Source of the DNA: Candidatus Tenderia sp.
GTDB lineage: Bacteria > Pseudomonadota > Gammaproteobacteria > Tenderiales > Tenderiaceae
NCBI GenBank assembly: GCA_031416075.1
Contig: JANOSY010000017.1
Span: 135,388 to 199,387 of the forward strand
Length of the DNA: 64,000 nucleotides
Direction of reading: 5' to 3'
Part shown: piece by piece, positions 52,450 to 61,103 of the stretch
How positions within the stretch are numbered: the stretch's first letter is position 1
Layout of the letters: every line of letters starts with the position of its first letter
Translations under genes and position numbers: made by a program
Notes under the pieces: generated by a model
The model's input: the letters and a program-made list of their open reading frames with translations, nothing else
Databases searched by the model: none
What the model was told of the DNA's origin: nothing

Positions 52450-53322
52450 ATGCACGACGGCGATACCCTGCAACGCTTTCTGTTTGAAGACAGCCATGTC
52501 CGGGGGCTGTTTGTCCACCTCAACGCCAGCTACACCGCCGTCAGCGAGCGTTACAACTATCCAGCCATTGTGCAACAGCAACTTGGCGAGGCACTGGCCG
52601 CCAGCACCCTGCTGGGGGCGACCATCAAGTTTGGTGGCTCCCTGATCATGCAGCTGCAAAGCAGCGGCCCGATCCAGCTGCTGGTAGCCCAGTGCAACAA
52701 TGAGCGCCATATACGGGGGCTGGCCCGCTGGCAGGATGAGGGGTTAAGTGCCGATATGGCCAACCCCTTTGGCCAGGGCCGCCTCGTCATCACCCTCGAT
52801 AGCAGCACCAGTGATGAGCGTTATCAGGGCATTGTCGGCGTTGAGGGGGGCCGTTTAAACCAGGCCATCGAAACCTACTTCACTCAGTCCGAACAGCTCC
52901 AGACACGGTTGTGGCTAGCCGCGGATGGGCAGCAGGCCGTAGGCATGTTGCTGCAACATATGCCGGGGAGCGAACCTGACCCTGACCTCTGGGACCGTAT
53001 TGAGGCGCTGGGGGCCACCCTCACCCCGAATGAGATGCTGACCCTGCCGACCCAGACGATACTGCACCGACTCTTTCACGAAGAGGATCTGCGCCTGTTT
53101 GATGCTGAACCCGTCAGTTTCCGCTGCAGCTGCTCCCGCGACAAAATTGCCACCGTGTTACGCACACTCGGCAGCACTGAGGCCCATGAGATCCTCAACG
53201 AACAGGGCAAGATCAGCGTTGACTGCGACTTCTGCAACCAACACTACCGCTTTGATAGCATTGACGTTGAGCAGATTTTTGCCACCAACGCCCCACCCCC
53301 TGGCAGTGATAGCAGCCATTGA
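52450..53322 (+). CDS. hslO: Hsp33 redox-regulated chaperone
   Basis: RFLFE, YFTQSEQL, zinc motif CSCS...CDFC. Confidence 0.98.
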   Translation: MHDGDTLQRFLFEDSHVRGLFVHLNASYTAVSERYNYPAIVQQQLGEALAASTLLGATIKFGGSLIMQLQSSGPIQLLVAQCNNERHIRGLARWQDEGLSADMANPFGQGRLVITLDSSTSDERYQGIVGVEGGRLNQAIETYFTQSEQLQTRLWLAADGQQAVGMLLQHMPGSEPDPDLWDRIEALGATLTPNEMLTLPTQTILHRLFHEEDLRLFDAEPVSFRCSCSRDKIATVLRTLGSTEAHEILNEQGKISVDCDFCNQHYRFDSIDVEQIFATNAPPPGSDSSH

Positions 53323-53487
53323 AAGTCGGCCCACTTCAGCCAAAAATAGCCCCTGACCAAAAAAGTTCCGCACAAAACTGGACTTGCCAGACAAAGCCTG
53401 CCTAAAATCGTGCTCCCCGGCTAGGTGAGGCATAACACAACAGCTGATTACGGGGGGGAACGCCTCACCAAACGACAAACAGTTTGA

Positions 53488-53596
53488 TAGAACCTATCTC
53501 AAAGTTTTTTGCGGCACCCCAAGGCGATGCGTGCAACTGCCAGCAGCCCATGTATATGGTCGGCACCACCACAACTCAGCTTTGAGATAGGTTCTA
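53488..53596. mobile_element. 109-bp MITE with perfect 17-bp terminal inverted repeats
   Basis: TAGAACCTATCTCAAAG (53488-53504) and CTTTGAGATAGGTTCTA (53580-53596); the outer TA may be a target duplication. Confidence 0.8.
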
Positions 53597-53630
53597 ACCA
53601 AAGTTCTTAAATGAAGAAGGGAGTATCTGC

Positions 53631-54470
53631 ATGAAAGTAACAGTGAAACAGACCGCTTTAATCCTGGCCATGGGGCTGATCTCTGCCAGTGCCATCGCCG
53701 CTGATGGTGCCAACCACCTCGCCGAAGGGGCTGCCTGTGAAGGGTTTGGTCCACAGACCCCGCGCGACATCGACAGTCTGGCAGGGAACAACAAACGCAG
53801 CGCCACGCTGGCACCAAGTTCATCAGAGATGAATCTGTGCAACATCCACTTTCACAAAAATGCTGAACACAAGGCCAAGGCATTTGCGATCTACGCTGGC
53901 GAAGGTGATGGCCATGGTTTTGAGAGCGGCTACCAGTGCGGCATCAGCAAGGAGCTGAGCAAAGCCGAACTGGCCCCCACCAAAGAAGCGATCTGCAAAG
54001 GCGAACACGGCGATCTGAAGCCTGGCGATACCATTGAAGTTCACTGGGTTCACAGCTCTGGTGACGTCAAGCCCGGACCAACCTTGGGTTCATGCCTCTC
54101 CGACAGCCTCATCAACCCGGACCTGCGGGTAGAGACCCAGGTCTTTACCTTGGTAAACGATGACAAGGCCCTGGACTTCAATACCATGGATTACGATGGC
54201 AACATGGTCAATGGCTACCACCAGCCCAAGTCTATCCCCAGCAATACCGGCAAAGCCGTTCAGTTTACAGGCTCAACCACCGGTCCAAAGTACAACGAGC
54301 AAGCCTGTTCCCCTATCAATGTTACCTGGAGCGTTCGTCCACAGTGCGCCAAGGTCAACATCAACACCGTTGGCGAATGGTGCAAGAGCAACGAATTCAA
54401 GGAAGATCACGCTCACGGCGTACGTAAGCTGGTGACCAATCCTAAGCTGCTCTCTAACATCAAGAAGTAA
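53631..54470 (+). CDS. Secreted delta-class carbonic anhydrase (diatom TWCA1-like)
   Basis: Signal peptide; GPQTPRDI, LCNIHFHKNAEH, GDTIEVHWVHS, GSTTGP, CSP.NVTW, HAHGVRKLV. Confidence 0.8.
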   Translation: MKVTVKQTALILAMGLISASAIAADGANHLAEGAACEGFGPQTPRDIDSLAGNNKRSATLAPSSSEMNLCNIHFHKNAEHKAKAFAIYAGEGDGHGFESGYQCGISKELSKAELAPTKEAICKGEHGDLKPGDTIEVHWVHSSGDVKPGPTLGSCLSDSLINPDLRVETQVFTLVNDDKALDFNTMDYDGNMVNGYHQPKSIPSNTGKAVQFTGSTTGPKYNEQACSPINVTWSVRPQCAKVNINTVGEWCKSNEFKEDHAHGVRKLVTNPKLLSNIKK

Positions 54471-54684
54471 GCATGAAGTCGGGGGGGTGTGACACAACAG
54501 CCAAACCACCCACGCAACCACATTATATGTTGAAAAAAAAATACCCGCGGGTAATAAAGCGGGGGTTTTTTTTTGGTGGTTACCAAAACTTTGCTCATAT
54601 CAAAAATAAATTTTTATCCTTTTTGTGGGTGGGTTGCCACACTGGTCCAACCCCCCCGACTCATCCAGATAAGATGTTACAAAC

Positions 54685-54718
54685 AAAAAGCCCGCTGTAA
54701 TTACAGCGGGCTTTTTTT
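54685..54718. terminator. Bidirectional intrinsic terminator
   Basis: AAAAAGCCCGCTGTAATTACAGCGGGCTTTTTT between convergent genes. Confidence 0.85.
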
Positions 54719-54824
54719 ATGGCACGACAAAACAGAAGGGCCGCATCTGCGGCCCTGCCAACTAACTAACAAATCACTCAGTGAGGAGGCCGACCATCAA
54801 CACAAGGCGGTTCCCACCCAACAA

Positions 54825-55580
54825 TTACTTATCTTCATCACTCATCCGCTTGTGCAGCACGACAGGCTTACTCTTGGCGCGCAACCGCATATTGACCATC
54901 TCTACCGCCAGTGAGAAGGCCATGGCAAAGTAGATATACCCCTTCGGTACATGGACATCCAACCCTTCAGCCATCAACGCTATACCAATCACCACCAGAA
55001 AGCTCAGCGCCAGCATCTTGATGGTGGGGTGTCTATCCACAAATTCACCAATGGATTTTGCCGCCACCATCATCACCATCACCGCCAGAACAATCGCAAT
55101 CACCATGACCGACACATGCTCCGCCATGCCCACAGCGGTAATGACCGAGTCGAGGGAAAAGACAATATCAATAATAGCGATCTGCACCACAATCGAGAGG
55201 AAACTGGCCCCCGCCTTGGCGGCAGTGCTCTGCTGCTGCTCTTCACCCTCAAGTGAGTTGTGGATCTCCATGGTGCTTTTAACCAGCAGGAAGAGCCCAC
55301 CACCGATGAGAATCAGGTCACGACCGGAGATCTCCTGATCAAAGATGGTGAACCATGGCTCCACCAGCTGCATGATCCACGCCAGTGCCAGCAACAAGGC
55401 AATGCGGGTACCCATCGCCAATGCCAAACCAATCTGTCGCGCCCGCTGTCGTTGATGCTCTGGCAAACGGCCCACCAGAATAGTGAGAAAAATAATGTTA
55501 TCAATCCCTAACACTATCTCCAACGCGGTCAGTGTGGCTAACGCAATCCACGCCTCGGGTAAATAGATCCACTCAAACAT
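54825..55580 (-). CDS. TerC family membrane protein
   Basis: LEIVLGIDNIIF, DIVFSLDSVITAVG, HPTIKMLAL, PKGYIYFAM. Confidence 0.96.
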   Translation of the reverse strand: MFEWIYLPEAWIALATLTALEIVLGIDNIIFLTILVGRLPEHQRQRARQIGLALAMGTRIALLLALAWIMQLVEPWFTIFDQEISGRDLILIGGGLFLLVKSTMEIHNSLEGEEQQQSTAAKAGASFLSIVVQIAIIDIVFSLDSVITAVGMAEHVSVMVIAIVLAVMVMMVAAKSIGEFVDRHPTIKMLALSFLVVIGIALMAEGLDVHVPKGYIYFAMAFSLAVEMVNMRLRAKSKPVVLHKRMSDEDK

Positions 55581-55615
55581 TCAGGCTCTCCATCAAAATC
55601 CAGTGACAAAACCGC

Positions 55616-55688
55616 GTAGCCCACATATTTATCGTGTGCGGGGTCGCGCGCGGCTATTCTACAGCCCCGCACGAAGTTACGCAGCTAC
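55616..55688. repeat. Degenerate GTAG REP doublet (REPIN-like) overlapping the ubiD stop
   Basis: GTAGCCCACAT...GTGCGGGG (from 55616) faces CCCCGCAC...GCAGCTAC (to 55688); ubiD's TAG is part of the minus-strand GTAG. Confidence 0.65.
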
Positions 55689-57154
55689 TCAAAAATCCCC
55701 AGCGACTGCCACAGCCCATCGACCCGCTGCTTGACCGCTTCATCCATCACAATCGGCACACCCCACTCGCGGGCAGTCTCGCCGGGCCATTTGTTGGTGG
55801 CGTCAAACCCCGCTTTGGACCCCAGCCCCGAGACTGGCGAGGCAAAATCAAGATAATCGATCGGGGTATTCTCAATCATCACCGTATCCCGGGCCGGGTC
55901 CATACGGGTAGTCATGGCCCAGATCACATCCTTCCAGTCACGGACGTTAATATCCTCATCCACCACAATCACAAATTTGGTGTACATAAACTGGCGTAAA
56001 AATGACCAGACCCCCAGCATCACCCGCTTGGCATGGCCAGCATACTGTTTTTTGATGCTGACACAGGCCATGCGGTAGGAGCACCCTTCCGGTGGCAGAT
56101 AAAAATCGACAATCTCCGGAAACTGCTTTTGCAACAGCGGTATAAAAACTTCATTTAACGCCACCCCCAGCACTGCCGGTTCATCGGGCGGGCGGCCGGT
56201 ATAGGTGCTGTGGTAGATCGGTTTGTCACGATGGGTAATACGTTCAATAGTAAAGACCGGGAATTTATCCACTTCGTTGTAGTATCCGGTATGGTCACCA
56301 AACGGCCCCTCGTCCGCCAGTTCACCCGGTTCAAGATACCCTTCGAGCACAAACTCTGCCGAGGCTGGCACCTGCAAATCGTTACCGATACATTTGGTCA
56401 CCTCGGTTTTGCCACCCCGCAGCAGACCGGCAAAGGCGTATTCAGAGAGCGAATCCGGTACCGGCGTCACCGCACCAAGAATCGTCGCCGGGTCGGCCCC
56501 CAGGGCCACCGCCACCGGAAACCGCTGCCCCGGATGGGCCAGCTGCCAGTCACGGAAGTCGAGCGCCCCGCCGCGATGGGCGAGCCAGCGCATGATCACC
56601 TTGTTTTTACCGATCACCTGCTGGCGGTAGATCCCCAGATTCTGCCGCGCCTTGTGTGGCCCCTTAGTCACCACCAGCGCCCAGGTGATCAGTGGACCCG
56701 CATCACCGGGCCAACAGGTCTGAATCGGGAGTTTGGCCAGATCAACATCGGCCCCCTCTATTATATGGGTCTGACAGGGGGCATTTTTTACCACCTTCGG
56801 GGCCATGTTCAGCACCTGTTTATAGATGGGCAGTTTGTCGAGGGCATCACGCAGCCCCTTGGGCGGCTCAGGCTCTTTTAAGGTGGCCAGCAGTTTGCCA
56901 ATCTCACGCAACGCCGTCACAGAGTCCGCCCCCATGCCCATCGCCACCCGTTTGGGGGTACCAAACAGATTACCCAACACGGGAATGTCGTAACCTGTCG
57001 GGTTTTCAAACAGCAAGGCTGGCCCCTCGGCACGTAACGTACGATCACAGATCTCGGTCATCTCAAGATGGGGGCTGATGGGTTGGGCAATGCGTTTAAG
57101 TTCGCCCTGTGTTTCAAGCTGGCCAATAAAATCACGCAAATCTTTATATTTCAT
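55685..57154 (-). CDS. ubiD: 4-hydroxy-3-polyprenylbenzoate decarboxylase
   Basis: [34 protein letters not shown]. Confidence 0.98.
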   Translation of the reverse strand: MKYKDLRDFIGQLETQGELKRIAQPISPHLEMTEICDRTLRAEGPALLFENPTGYDIPVLGNLFGTPKRVAMGMGADSVTALREIGKLLATLKEPEPPKGLRDALDKLPIYKQVLNMAPKVVKNAPCQTHIIEGADVDLAKLPIQTCWPGDAGPLITWALVVTKGPHKARQNLGIYRQQVIGKNKVIMRWLAHRGGALDFRDWQLAHPGQRFPVAVALGADPATILGAVTPVPDSLSEYAFAGLLRGGKTEVTKCIGNDLQVPASAEFVLEGYLEPGELADEGPFGDHTGYYNEVDKFPVFTIERITHRDKPIYHSTYTGRPPDEPAVLGVALNEVFIPLLQKQFPEIVDFYLPPEGCSYRMACVSIKKQYAGHAKRVMLGVWSFLRQFMYTKFVIVVDEDINVRDWKDVIWAMTTRMDPARDTVMIENTPIDYLDFASPVSGLGSKAGFDATNKWPGETAREWGVPIVMDEAVKQRVDGLWQSLGIFE

Positions 57155-57318
57155 ATTCAAACTCAGTAGAGGCAGAACAGTGCGGAGCATAACAAACAAC
57201 AGCAGAGTACGCCCCCTGTTCACGATCTCGGTGAAGGGATGCTGCAGCCACCCAACGCATCAGGCATAATGGCCAGCAGCAGACTTGTCACCAGCAGCAG
57301 GCAACATACCTTAGTACT

Positions 57319-59328
57319 ATGTATAAGCAGCAACGACCACGCCATCAAACCCCAATAACAGCACTGCGTCACCTCAGCGCCGCCCTGCTGCTATGTATGG
57401 TGCCAATCACCCCCCATGCCGCCAGCGATACACCACCGCCCATTATTGATACCGAGCCACCCACCAACATCAATATCATCGAACCGGGCCCCACGACGCT
57501 GCCCGCCAGCCGCCCAGTAATCACCCTGAAGGTGGCCACCGACGTGGCCTCCAGCATCACAGCCACCGATAGTACGCAGGCCGGCAGCCCCAGCTCCGAC
57601 ATCACCGGTTATCCAACCAGCACGGTGGGACCGATGGCCCCCGGCAAACATACCATCACCTGGACCGCCACCGATCTGGGCAATAACAGCAAAAGCATTG
57701 AACAAAACATTTATGTACTGCCGGAGGTCAATCTTGCCGTCGACCAGACCGTCGGCGAGGGGAACAGTAACGTCACCGTCACCGCTCATCTCAGTGGCAA
57801 AGCCCCCCACTATCCGGTCACACTGCCCTACACCGTCAGTGGCACCGCCAGTGCCGGTGGTGTGGATCACAACGCGGTTAGCGGTAACATCATCATTAAC
57901 GGCCCGGCCACCTCCGGCAGTATCAGCTTTGCAGCGGCCAACGACACCCTGGCGGACGCCAATGAAACCGTTATCTTTGAGTTGACGACCCCCTCCCTGG
58001 AGCCAGACCGCGTCATCGCCGGCAGCAAAACCCGCCACACCGTGACCATCATTGAGACCAACCTAGCCCCTATCGTCGCCCTCTCTGCCCAGCAAGGCAG
58101 CGGCGGCACCACCCAGATAGTCACCACCAATGGCGGCCCGGTAATACTCACCGCCAGTGCCAACGACCCCAACGGCGACACCATCAGCAACTATGACTGG
58201 AGCGCCAGCGACAATGCCTTGGTTCCCACCAGTGGCACCACCAGCAGCAGTTTCACATTCAACCCCGCCGGTCTCACCCCCGGCACCTACACCGCTCGTA
58301 TAACCGTGAGCGACAACAATGATGCCAGCAGCACCCGCGACCTGCTGCTGCGGGTCAACGCCACCGCCAGCCTACTCTCCACCACCGCTGACAGTGATGA
58401 TGATGGCATCGTTGACAGCATCGAAGGTGATAAAGACGATGATGGTGATGGCATCCCCAACTATCTCGACGCCGTCGACAATCCCGCCTGGTTGCCCGGC
58501 TGGGAGCTGCTCACCTACCGTGCCGATCTCAAACGTAACAATAGCTTTGTCTCAGGCCCGATCACCTTCTCCTGGGTGCTCAACACCGTTAGCAGCAACC
58601 GCGTCTACTACCCGCTGCTGCTTGCCACGGAACCAGGCCTCAAGCTCAGCGTCGGCCCCACCGCCCGCGCCAATAGCAGCAACCATGGTCGCATCAATAC
58701 CACGGCCGCCTCACTACACTTTGGCAGCACACCGGGAGATACCCTGGTCAGTGCCGATGGTCAGGTGGTCGATATCGAAATCAGCGGCCTTGGCACCACC
58801 GGCCAGAGCGTCTACCTTGTCATTCCCCAGGCCGCTGCGCTGCCCGATACCTCCAGCTTCAAAATCATCAGCGCCGCACACATCTGGCAGGATTTCACCA
58901 ATCAAGGTGCCGGAGGCAAAAATGAACTGCTCTTCATCCTCAACAAAGATAGCGACAACTACTGCGCCAACCCCGGTGGTGCCTATACAACCGTCACAAC
59001 TGGCAGCAGTACATTGGGCACAGGCGTCTCGTGTATTGAACTGCTTATAGAAGATGGCGGCCCCAATGACTACGACGGCAAAGCCAACGGCGTCATCCGT
59101 CTGCTCGGAGCCCCCTTTGTTAACAGCGCTGCTAACAATGAAACACTTACCACCCCACCCGACTTTAGTGGTCCCGCCGAAGGGTCCGTGGAATCACTCA
59201 ACAAAATCACCCTGACACAGGGCGGTGGTGGCATCGGCTTTATCAACCCCTGGGGAGTCATTGGCTTACTGCTGCTCTATACGTTACGTCGTCGCTACTG
59301 GCACCACATTATGACGCACCAAATTTAG
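57319..59328 (+). CDS. Surface protein with HYR/Calx-beta/PKD-like domains, Asp-rich Ca-binding repeats and GlyGly-CTERM tail
   Basis: Signal peptide, GKHTITWTATD, DTLADANET, YTARITVSD, DDDGDGIPNYLD, IEDGGPNDYDG, GGGG-hydrophobic-RRR tail. Confidence 0.8.
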   Translation: MYKQQRPRHQTPITALRHLSAALLLCMVPITPHAASDTPPPIIDTEPPTNINIIEPGPTTLPASRPVITLKVATDVASSITATDSTQAGSPSSDITGYPTSTVGPMAPGKHTITWTATDLGNNSKSIEQNIYVLPEVNLAVDQTVGEGNSNVTVTAHLSGKAPHYPVTLPYTVSGTASAGGVDHNAVSGNIIINGPATSGSISFAAANDTLADANETVIFELTTPSLEPDRVIAGSKTRHTVTIIETNLAPIVALSAQQGSGGTTQIVTTNGGPVILTASANDPNGDTISNYDWSASDNALVPTSGTTSSSFTFNPAGLTPGTYTARITVSDNNDASSTRDLLLRVNATASLLSTTADSDDDGIVDSIEGDKDDDGDGIPNYLDAVDNPAWLPGWELLTYRADLKRNNSFVSGPITFSWVLNTVSSNRVYYPLLLATEPGLKLSVGPTARANSSNHGRINTTAASLHFGSTPGDTLVSADGQVVDIEISGLGTTGQSVYLVIPQAAALPDTSSFKIISAAHIWQDFTNQGAGGKNELLFILNKDSDNYCANPGGAYTTVTTGSSTLGTGVSCIELLIEDGGPNDYDGKANGVIRLLGAPFVNSAANNETLTTPPDFSGPAEGSVESLNKITLTQGGGGIGFINPWGVIGLLLLYTLRRRYWHHIMTHQI

Positions 59329-59731
59329 CAAATACCTCGGCCTCAGTCATATTCACCGTCTCATTTGCAAAGTTATAAAAGTCAGGTTTTTTATCGATAA
59401 AGATCTGATGATCCAGTACAAACTCACTCTGATCATCAAAAAGACCGGCCGACAACATATAGTGCTGACTCGCTTTTAATCTGTAAAAAACATGGCTGCC
59501 ACACTTCTTGCAAAATCCACGTTCAGCCCATGCCGACGAATTGTATACGGTTAAATTATCCTCCCCCTCAAACGCAACATCTGTACCACAATCAGCAGCA
59601 AAAAATGGCCCACCACTCCACTTCCGACACATCCCGCAATGACACGCCCCCACATTTGCATTCAATTTAGCCACCGACACACGCACACCACCACACAGGC
59701 AACTGCCCGTACCGCTATTCATATCACTCAT
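59309..59731 (-). CDS. GFA/CENP-V family protein
   Basis: GSCLCGGV, CHCGMCRKW, RGFCKKCGS. Confidence 0.93.
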   Translation of the reverse strand: MSDMNSGTGSCLCGGVRVSVAKLNANVGACHCGMCRKWSGGPFFAADCGTDVAFEGEDNLTVYNSSAWAERGFCKKCGSHVFYRLKASQHYMLSAGLFDDQSEFVLDHQIFIDKKPDFYNFANETVNMTEAEVFAKFGAS

Positions 59732-59885
59732 GCCATCCTCCTTGAATTCCGCATATTTTCAGCGACAATACCTCTCAGCATCAATCAACACTTACTGCGT
59801 GTTGACACAAAATCAAACCATAAGCATCGACAAAATTATAGACACAAAAATCCGGTTAATGCCAAACATGAACAATCAACCCTCG

Positions 59886-60479
59886 TCAGGTGTTATCAAT
59901 AATAGGCGGGGTAAACTCTGACTGCAAAAGCCCAAAACATTTAAGATCATGAAAGGCACCTTTCCAGTAACCACTTTCACGCCGGAGTCCCTCCTCCTTA
60001 AAACCCAACCGACGCAGCAACGCTTCAGAGGCATCATTACCAGGCACCGTATCGGCCTGGATTCTATTCAACACCCCACACACAAGCTCACCGGAAAATG
60101 CCGCTTGAATAGCTGCACACACCGCCTCCGTAGCGTAACCATTGCCCCAAACATCTGGCAGAAGGTCATACCCGATAACAGCGGATCTCATCGTCTGACT
60201 CCATGAGTTAAAACCACATGTGCCGATGACACCGCCTGAGCTTTTTAGACAGATGGCCCAACGAATACCTAAAGAGGCAGCATGACGCGTTTGAAATAGA
60301 TCGATCAGACTTCGCGCCTGTTCAATATGGGAAAAAACTTCCAGGTCGTAGTACTCAACCACCTTGTGGTTAGAAAACAGATTAAAGACCGCAACGTCAT
60401 CGCTGGCCTTAAGTTCGATCAATGCCAGGCGCGGGGTATTAATTTCTGGAAATATCACACTGTTCTCTTTCTGAACCAT
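59886..60479 (-). CDS. GNAT family acetyltransferase (RimJ/RimL-like)
   Basis: IGYDL...WGNGYATEA, N.ASEALLRRLGF.EEG. Confidence 0.92.
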   Translation of the reverse strand: MVQKENSVIFPEINTPRLALIELKASDDVAVFNLFSNHKVVEYYDLEVFSHIEQARSLIDLFQTRHAASLGIRWAICLKSSGGVIGTCGFNSWSQTMRSAVIGYDLLPDVWGNGYATEAVCAAIQAAFSGELVCGVLNRIQADTVPGNDASEALLRRLGFKEEGLRRESGYWKGAFHDLKCFGLLQSEFTPPIIDNT

Positions 60480-60521
60480 GATGCCCTCGACAAGCCATGT
60501 GCACAGGCCATCTATCAACGC

Positions 60522-61043
60522 TCAATCCTTCTTGGGACACATACACTCTTTGGCGATCGTTTTCAGCTCCGATACGTACCCTTTAAAGGCGTCCTCCATA
60601 ATGGGTTGACTTCTCTTTTGAACGTGCTGGGTAAACTCAGCCAGCGTCTCTTTGGTGGCGGCAATATCTTTCTGGCCAACTTCAGAGGTGTAAAATGCAA
60701 TCAGCTGATCCAACTCGCGATCTGAAAATTTCGGACCGTAATATTGTGCCCACACCTCAACAATCTGCTCCGCCGTCCAGTCTCCTTGTGCCTTCTCCAT
60801 AAAATGGGTCAAGGCTTGTTCAAACCGTTTTTTATACTGCTCATCAGGGCTAAGGTGAAGCATTGCCTGTTCAATCATGGAGTGGGCCTGCTTCTCACCT
60901 TCGAGCCTTCCTGAGTCGATCTGTTGTTGCCACATGCCAAGCAACCCCTGGGCCTTTACCAGCGTTGCAATCTTGTCCATACGCTCATCCGCAACAGCCA
61001 GCGCTGGAATAACCATGAACACTATTAATAGTATGTGACGCAT
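60522..61043 (-). CDS. DUF2059 domain exported protein
   Basis: Signal peptide; YGPKFSDRELDQLIAFYTSEVGQK. Confidence 0.8.
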   Translation of the reverse strand: MRHILLIVFMVIPALAVADERMDKIATLVKAQGLLGMWQQQIDSGRLEGEKQAHSMIEQAMLHLSPDEQYKKRFEQALTHFMEKAQGDWTAEQIVEVWAQYYGPKFSDRELDQLIAFYTSEVGQKDIAATKETLAEFTQHVQKRSQPIMEDAFKGYVSELKTIAKECMCPKKD

Positions 61044-61103
61044 TATAAGCTCCAACTGTTTATCCACCCTCCTCTTATCAACAGAGAAGAGGGCAGCACC
61101 CAC

